64,000 nucleotides of DNA from Eledone cirrhosa (Eukaryota): NCBI GenBank assembly GCA_964016885.1, contig OZ024740.1, forward strand, positions 132,928,001 to 132,992,000. The letters are read 5' to 3'. The notes beneath the pieces were generated by a model. That model did not search any database and was not told where the DNA came from. It was given only the letters and a program-made list of their open reading frames with translations. Positions 56,323-64,000 of the stretch are shown piece after piece. The stretch's first letter is position 1. Each line of letters starts with the position of its first letter. A program made the translations under genes and the position numbers.

Positions 56323-56849
56323 TATGTATATATATATATATATTAAAATGAATGAAATCCTTGGTACAGTTAGGTATATTTGAAAAAAGTAAAAGAACGA
56401 CTCCACTTGTAGTTCTAAACAATTTGATTTAATTTTATATTGTAATTTTACAATTTAGCTTTGTAGATTTAGTAAGTTCTTTATTAACTTAGGTTGGGAG
56501 ATTTTTAAATATACCTGGTTAACTTTTCCTGGAGAACTTTCTCGCATTCTTCGGTGGTGATTGTCAAATTGAGATCAGGTTGTGTTGTGATGTGAGAATT
56601 GGATGTATCTGGGCAGTGATGTTATTGAGTGTAGGAGTGAGGGAGTGTTGATAAAGATTTAAAGGATTTAAATCATACATATATACAGATATACACACAG
56701 TGGCGGACTCGGTCTAAAAATATTGGTTGCCAGCAAATGAAGGGGGCCCACCTACCTATAAATAAATAACATTTTCGAAAAATACAGAAGAGCGAACAAA
56801 ACTGTACAATCACACTTATGCGGAACAAAAAAATATGATGTATTTTGCG

Positions 56850-57365
56850 AAATCTAGAGACTTTCGATAATGACCAGAAGTCGACCCTCAATATTACTAA
56901 TCGCTCTAGGCAAGCCGTGAATCACACCGCATATTTATAACTTTGATTTTGTAAGTTGGTTTATAATTGTCAATTTTCATTATACTTTTGTAGCTTTCTC
57001 GGTGGCCTAGCTGGAGGAATCATAGACAGTGGTGATCCTGGTCGGGTGCAGGGTAAACATTTTCAATTTTTGTCTATGGGTTTTAAGATAAAAACTGAAA
57101 AAGTTTACATGTATTTCTTGACCAGGATTGAACCCATGGCCAGGATCTCCACCGTCTCTAGTACCTACCGCTAGCCGACAGAGGCAACTACAAAATTCTT
57201 ATGAAAATTCATACCTATAAATCTACTTTCAAAATTTTCAAAACAAAGTATTGTTGTGTCGTTCATATCTTTCTTAATGTTATTGATCCTACTTAAGGTC
57301 GACTTCTAAATCTTTTGGGTGTACCATAAACTACAACCTCGTTTTGTTTCACATCAAATCTAGAC
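56850..57365. repeat. Old fold-back element whose diverged arms end in tRNA-like heads
   Basis: agaagtcgacc and aattttcat..ttttgtag on both arms; minus 57115-57190 has A-box-like tcggctagcggtag and B-box ggttcaatcc. Confidence 0.5.
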
Positions 57366-57527
57366 TATAATTTAACCTGTAATCCATGTCTTATTTCTCT
57401 TGCAACTCATCGCCACGCCTCTCTCACTTTCTCTCTCTGATATTTGTATCTACTATGATTTGGGCTTACCTTATTCCTATATACATGTTTTTGCATGTCA
57501 GTTAGATTCAAACTTACAATGATTGGC

Positions 57528-57562
<35 letters not shown>

Positions 57563-57564
<2 letters not shown>

Positions 57565-59164
57565 TTAAGACGTTTGGAAGCCTCGACAATGCAAATGGGT
57601 AAATCTCCGAGTAACAAGATTCGGTGGTGGAGAGAGAGATGTAAGTGGGTGTACGTTGAGATGCGTGGTGTGTATAAGATGTGTAAATGTGTAGAAGAAA
57701 GAAGGGAAGAGTATAAAGGATAAAATTAAAATAACAACACAAGAGAGAGTTACCTTGGGAGAGATTTAATAGTCCCTATATATTTCGGATTCACATCCAT
57801 CAACTGGGGTTTTTTTCCGGGGTAAAGGTTGTCTGTCGGACAGGTGCGAAAGCGTCCTCCGCTGTTTGTTGTTTTGAATATCTGAGGTATTCGGCAGAGC
57901 GCGCGTCCTTCGCTGTTTGTTGTTTTGAATATCTGAGGTATTCGCCAGAGCGCGCGTGCGCGTAAAATGGGGTGGGTCGGGAAGAGGTCAGCGGCCGAAT
58001 GAGGGAGTGACGTGGCGCTAGCTGTCAGTCCATTCTCTGCCTGTTTGTTAAATGTTACTGTGTGTGTGTGTGCGTGTGTTGTTGTCTCGCTTGAGTGTGT
58101 GTGTGTGTGCGTGTGTGGTTGCCTTGTTCCTCTGTATTGGCAGTGTAGTATGTTCGTATGGTGGAATGCTACTGTGTGTGTGTGCGTGTGTATGTGTAGT
58201 TGTCTCCTTTGTGTGTGCGTGTGTTGTGTGTTGCTACATCGTTTGATAACTTAAACCAGCCATCTCATTTCGCTTCTCTCTAATCGGTTGTTTATTTGCG
58301 GTTGCAGACGTTTGATAAAAAGCGCTTCCTTGATACGTAACGTGCTGACGTTTCTTTCAGTCGCTAGAATTGTTACAATGGGCCTTCCGTCTTTGTTTCC
58401 GCATTTGTCTATGTGTTTCCGGAAAGACGAGGCCCTGGTTTTAGTGTGTTCCTTGATCCGGATGTGCAAAGGTCGGATTATGCTACCTATGTAGTATTGG
58501 TTGCACCTGTCACATTCTATCTTATACACGACGTATGTGCGTAGGCAACAGTTCGCATGGCGTATCGGGCAGTATCTGAGGGAGCATGCGTCAGTAGATT
58601 TCACGGGTTTCCTGGAGAGGCATCTTCGCAGGGAGGGGCCCGAGTGGGCCAGGTGGATGTCGAGGCCCTCCCTCCGTATAGCCTTGCGGATAGCGTTGGT
58701 GGTATTCTCGCCCAAGTGTGGCATTTTAAGGAAGCACTTGCCTTGGGTGCCTCTCTGTCTCTTGTGTCTGGTGTCTCCTATTCTGTCTGTGATCGAGGTA
58801 TGGTACCCGTTCGTCTCTAGCACCTCGAGGAATCGCTTGGTATGAGTGGCACCACTCGGGGGATCGCTGCATCTGTTTTTGATTCGCGCGATCTCGTTCG
58901 TGATGTATCCTCTTTTGGCACTGTTAGGGAGGGCGGACTTGTAGTGAACGAACAGGTCCCTGCAGGCTGCCTTTCGGTAGAAGTTGCAATGGATCCTTCC
59001 CTGTTCCGTGATGTTGATTCGGAAGTCGAGGAGGGCAAGTGACCCGTCTTCGTTGGGGTGTTCAACACTGAAGTCAATGTTCTCGTCCGTGTTGTTGAAC
59101 GTCTTATAGATTCTGTTCGCCGTGTCTTGGGAAGATGTGAGGATGAGGATATCGTCCACATACC
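57563..59164 (-). mobile_element. 5'-truncated Penelope/Poseidon-like element with 3' pLTR (decayed HHR at 57774-57809; 52-bp tandem at about 57852-57955)
   Basis: ORF 59159-58251 followed by a non-coding tail ending in (TA)n. Confidence 0.85.
58251..59164 (-). CDS. Open C-terminal part of a PLE RT + GIY-YIG protein
   Basis: YVDDILIL, LALLD, FYRK, VVYKIECDRCNQYYIG..RPLHIRIKEH, KEALFIKRLQPQIN. Confidence 0.9.
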
Positions 59165-59463
59165 TTGAGAAAAAGGTAAAGAATATAGAAGGGATATATT
59201 AGCAGGAAGAGGGTCTTAACGTTTCGGACACTAGTCCTTTATCAGAGGAAAGAATGAGAAATGAGATAGATTGAGGGGACGGGTGGGTTGTAATTGGAAA
59301 AAATGTCTTTAGATAAAAATAACAGGTCCATTCATGTTGACATCTCTTGCAAAACTGTTGGTGCTGGCGCACCACTAATTGATTTGACAGGTGTCTTTAA
59401 CCCATTGATACCAAATATTATGGTCAGTAGTTCGTGTGTAAGCAGATATATATATATATATAT

Positions 59464-62365
59464 TATAACAAATAAACAGAGGCCTTCAATACATCAACAG
59501 TCTTTATTAGCCAACAATGTTTCGTCCCATTAATAAGGACTCATCAGGGCAAGTAAAGAGACAAGAAGCATTAACTGCCAGAACAAGCCAAAACTCAGAA
59601 GAATAAGGAATTTATATCTATGAAAGCTTAGGAAAGATATCAAGGAAAAGGATACTAAAGCTAAAAGTGTGCTGTTACAAATATAGACTATAGGGCAAGA
59701 AAGCGAGTAACATGTCAAACCTATGTTGAAAGTACGGTATAATACAAATACATGAAACACAACATGGTAATATAATGTGAGGATTACAATATGATATAGA
59801 ATACAATATAATGGATAATAAGAAATAAAAAGCATAATATATGTATATATATATCCATATATATACACATTTACACAAACACATACTAACACTTATTAAC
59901 TATTTAAATATAAATATACTCGTTATAATATAAAAAACCTTTATAATAGAATAATCCCCTGGCGGTGTGCATAAACAATACAGAAAACAATAGAATAATA
60001 TACTGACATAAAAAAAAATATACAAAACTACATCATACATATCATTTAAGGTCAACAAATTGTATATAAAGTTTTTCACAGGGTAAGAAAAAATATCATA
60101 TAAAACTAAAGTATGTTGAAAAAATATATATAAATACATAAAGTATTGACAATAAATACATAGAGGTATAGGCAGTTTACATTCATAAAATATTACAAAA
60201 TATTACAAAACAGTACCTCAAATATCTGACATATATTAATATCTATAATTCAATTACATAAAAATAATATGATATATCAATGTTAATATTATAATAGCAG
60301 ACAGACACAGTCAATGGAAAATGCTTAAGACATATTTACGCGATTGATATAGGGAGACATATTATGATACAATAACATATGATAGGAAGACAAACAGCAT
60401 GTGGTAGTAAAATAATAAATAAAATAAAACGAAGAACAAAAACAAAAACAAGCACAGTTACGTAGGTATTATAAGTCGTTAGGTAAATATAAATGATATT
60501 ATTATTCTAAACCAAAGAATTGAATAGAAAACCTTATTAAATTAATTAATATTAAAATTACTTAAAAGACATTATTGGTCATTTCAAATGGAATAAAGTT
60601 TAAGTCATCAAAGTAGTATAAAATTAAGATATTTCAATAAAAACTATCAAGATATATTACGATCCGTTCAGACGAATTACGTTATCAAAGAAAAAACTCT
60701 AAATAAAACTATGGTAGACCAATGGGAACAGAAAGAAGTGAAACTATGGAGGATAGGAGGGAGCATAAAAGTAAAATTTATATATAATATAATAAAAAGG
60801 ACCATAAAAGTAAAATGTATTTATAATAAATAAAAAGGGGCGAATATTAAGTGTTGAAAGGAGGTTTTAGATGTAAGAGACTCAAAATTAAACTATTCAA
60901 TAAGATACAAACTTATAAGGCGATAATAGTGAGTAAAAATGTAATAATGTTTAAGATGATAGATAGGGTAAGGTAGCTAAGAAGATTATGAAAACTAAAA
61001 TCGAAAAACCGTAGAAAACTAATAATAATAGTAATAGTAATGAACTAAAACCTAAGAGATAAGGCAATATAGCAGCTAATGGATACGGTTTAAACTACCA
61101 GAACTTTTAGGTTTATAATAGAAGAAAGAATTAGAAATGGCATGCGGACAGGAAGAAAATATTTCAGATTGTCTATTAAGCAATATGTTCCTAGAGAAAA
61201 TTATAGAGTGGGTCTCTAGGATACAAAGATTACAGAATTTAGTGTGTGTTGATAGGTGATTAGAGAATGCTACTATTCGCCAATTTAGACTATATAGTAT
61301 ACCAGCCCCTTTTAAATCCCAGATATGGTGTGCCAAAGAAGTAGAGTTCTTAAACTTGATATGCTTAAAATTAGAAATATGTGTATTAAACCTAGTTTTA
61401 AAAGTATTAGATGTGGAGCCTATATATGTGCTACAAGAAAAATTAGTCTTAACTTCACATGCATAAACAATGTTCCTAGAGAGGCAGTGACCATTTAAAG
61501 GGCAGTTATTACTTAATCTACAGTTACACTTCCGGGTACTAGTGACTAGCTGATTACGCGATGCATTATTCCTAGGGTTATTATAAGATAAGATCTGCTC
61601 GGGTGGTAAGTTATTAATAGAGCTCTCTAGATTAGTAGTACGCAAAGAGGAGTAGCTGTCCCTAATTTTCCTATTGTTAGTGCTAGCTAGATGAGAATTA
61701 ATGTTAGGGTGGTAGAGAAGGAGAGTTTAATTACATTCTTATTAAAGATACCATGATATTTACTAGTAGGAGGGAAATTTTTCTCTAAAATAGAAAAGAA
61801 AGACCTAGGGATATTAGTTAATACTTCATGATCATAAGGTGGGTTAAAGTAAGTATTGAGTCTCCTCCTATTCTTACCTTTACTATCTCTACCGTTATCT
61901 GGTATCCTATTAATAGGGTCAGGGTTAATACGAGGACCAGTTGAAATAACACTATTAGAAGCAGTTAAAACATTACCACTGGGTGAACGTTCAGAGCGCC
62001 TATCCTGTTCATTAGAACTAATCTCGAAATGCGTACCATTAGACTCACTATTACGATTACTATTTCGGTAGCTTAACTTAGGGTTCGGTTTGGATATATC
62101 TATAAGATTTCTATGATTCCTATATTTTCTACTCCTATTTAAGGCCATATTATGGAATATTACGTTATTATGGGTAATCTGAGTCATTCCAAGGTTGTCC
62201 TCCTTATAATGTATTCTACCAGAGCAACCAGAGTTAGCTAGGGCATTATTATAATACTCTACATGTGAATTAAAGATTCCTATATCCTTAGAGAGTGTGG
62301 AGATTCTATTAGATACACCATTAATTATAGAACTAATCATAGATTTAGGGTTGGAATCTCCTGGA
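59464..62365 (-). mobile_element. 5'-truncated Naiad-like Penelope element with a long AT-rich 3' region
   Basis: RISTLS..YYNNAL, YFNPPY, KLSFST, CNCR..CPL..C, NIVY..YIGST..FKTRFNTH, CNLCILE; frameshift near 61690. Confidence 0.9.
59510..59550 (-). ncRNA. Minimal type-I hammerhead ribozyme
   Basis: gcc-CTGATGA-gtcc-ttattaat-gggac-GAAA-catt-GTT-ggc. Confidence 0.88.
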
Positions 62366-62376
62366 TATATATATAT

Positions 62377-63492
62377 ACCTCCCGTATACTAACACCCACT
62401 AACACCCCTTCATCAAACTACACACACACCAGTACACCACACACCCTTCTCTCCCCGCTCCACCCACACCCTCGCTCCACACTCACTCATCCCACTAACA
62501 CCTCTACTAATACACACACACACACACCCTCCTCACTCCAACTTTCACACCTACCCATCCTCGCCCCTTTACCATTCCACCGACTGCTGCTATGGCCTCT
62601 GACCACCTCCCAGCACAAACAGACACACAGCACTCCCACTGCTTGACCACTTCGTGTTGCGCGCGCACCCCACATCTCTCCTCTTCCGACCATCGCTTCA
62701 TGGAATACCTGCACGCAGAAATTGACCAACACAAAATTCGCTAAACACCTTTGGAATTTACCTACTTTCCAACCATCCTCTTACGTAATCACCTATATAA
62801 CTCACCCACACACACACCCCAAACAAATGTTTTTCTCCACACGCCACCTACACCCACAACACGCTTAAACCCCACACACACGTGCTTTCCACCACATATT
62901 TACACCCTCAGCCTCCTGATTCCTCTCCCCCCACCCCTCTATCCACACACGCACAGACACTCCGACCCACAACCCCCAACCCCCCACACACCTCTTCCTG
63001 AACATGCAACCCCGTTCTTCCCCCAACCCTTACTTTCACATACACACACACACACACACACGTACACCTACAGACACACACCACCTTCAGCCCTCCCCGC
63101 TCGGACATCCCGTCTCCCGCTCCCCACTCCACCCGCTACCACCCCTACATACTCCACACCCTTCCACCACCTGTTTTACCCCCCTTTTAATTTCAGTTTA
63201 TTTTGATCATGCTTTTATATTTAAATTTATTTCATTCCTTGTATTTTGATCATGCTTTATTTTTATTTTTATCTTTATTTTTTCATTTTTTCATTCGCAC
63301 CGTTTCCTTTCGCTATATGTCTCTCCACCACTCCCCTACACACCCTTTGAACTCTGTTCCCACACACTTCTCACCTGAGGAAGGGCTTATGCCCGAAACG
63401 TCGTCCCCCACCAAGACCCCACTCTCCAGAGCGTGAAATTAATAAACATTCGTTGTACTGCCTCTCTGTTTTGTCCCTGTTCAAATTTTTCC

Positions 63493-63496
<4 letters not shown>
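62377..63496 (+). mobile_element. Solo 3' pLTR of the Neptune-like family at 22546-23670, with HHR at 63372-63404
   Basis: Reverse-complement match to 22546-23670; CTGAGGA-agggcttatgccc-GAAA-cGTC. Confidence 0.92.
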
Positions 63497-63544
<48 letters not shown>

Positions 63545-63626
63545 GTTATTCCGGGTTGAATCGGAGGTAACCACAGTAAGTAAGGTACTCAATACATTGC
63601 AGAGTATAAAAGTTTTAATATAGATG

Positions 63627-63677
63627 AGATTCTACAGGACTAGAACTGTTTCATTCTTTAGAAATCATCAGGAATCT
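63627..63677 (-). ncRNA. Type-I hammerhead ribozyme with complete stems I and III, in a pLTR-like repeat (63541-64000)
   Basis: agattc-CTGATGA-tttct-aa-agaat-GAAA-cag-ttctagtc-ct-GTA-gaatct. Confidence 0.88.
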
Positions 63678-64000
63678 GGGAATCAAAAAATAAATATGGT
63701 ATTTATAGGTCTCTACAAGTGGTAGGAGAGGGTGGGGAGTGGGATGGGTGTAGGTCATTGGTTGATAGAAAAGGGAATTCATTAAAAGCTAATTCTACAA
63801 AGCTATAGTTTATCATTATTAATTTTTGTTTTTAGAGTAACAAAGGCAGACAGAATTCTATAAACAGGTTCCGGATGGCATACCATTCCTTGTCATTAAG
63901 TTTCTCTTAAGCTAACAGATGTCTATAAGATCAGTGGGGGGTCAGTCATGGTAGATAGAATTAAAGGAAAGAGAGATTCTTTAAAAGCTAAATTCATTAA

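Noticed and set aside
57115-57190. Functional tRNA gene
   Set aside because: A and B boxes are present, but no clean cloverleaf or acceptor stem could be built; more likely SINE-like

Overview
Eukaryotic, almost certainly cephalopod (octopod-like) DNA; the taxon is inferred from tRNA-derived SINEs resembling octopus OK/OR families and from the very dense microsatellites. I found no intact host gene. 1-15.5 kb is a nest of non-LTR retrotransposons built on (ATT/AAT)n tracts: two long L1/Tx1-clade elements, an R4/Dong element, SINEs and Tx1 3' tips. 15.6-64 kb is dominated by Penelope-like elements (Neptune-, Naiad- and Poseidon-like) and small non-coding repeats inserted in (TA)n. These carry about 18 readable type-I hammerhead ribozyme (HHR) motifs and several decayed ones. 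Main signals: (1) a tandem, circularly permuted, HHR-bearing non-coding family (retrozyme-like) with a wobble swap in stem I; (2) palindromes that fold back at or next to HHR stems; (3) a perfect 46-bp array built from the end of one small element; (4) a Tx1 tail-to-head junction inserted with a 21-bp TSD; (5) SINE tails resembling Tx1 3' ends. Also present: mariner, MITE and Helitron relics, and a probable decayed polycystin-1-like pseudogene on the minus strand (27.6-34.9 kb). All calls were made by eye, so element boundaries are approximate.
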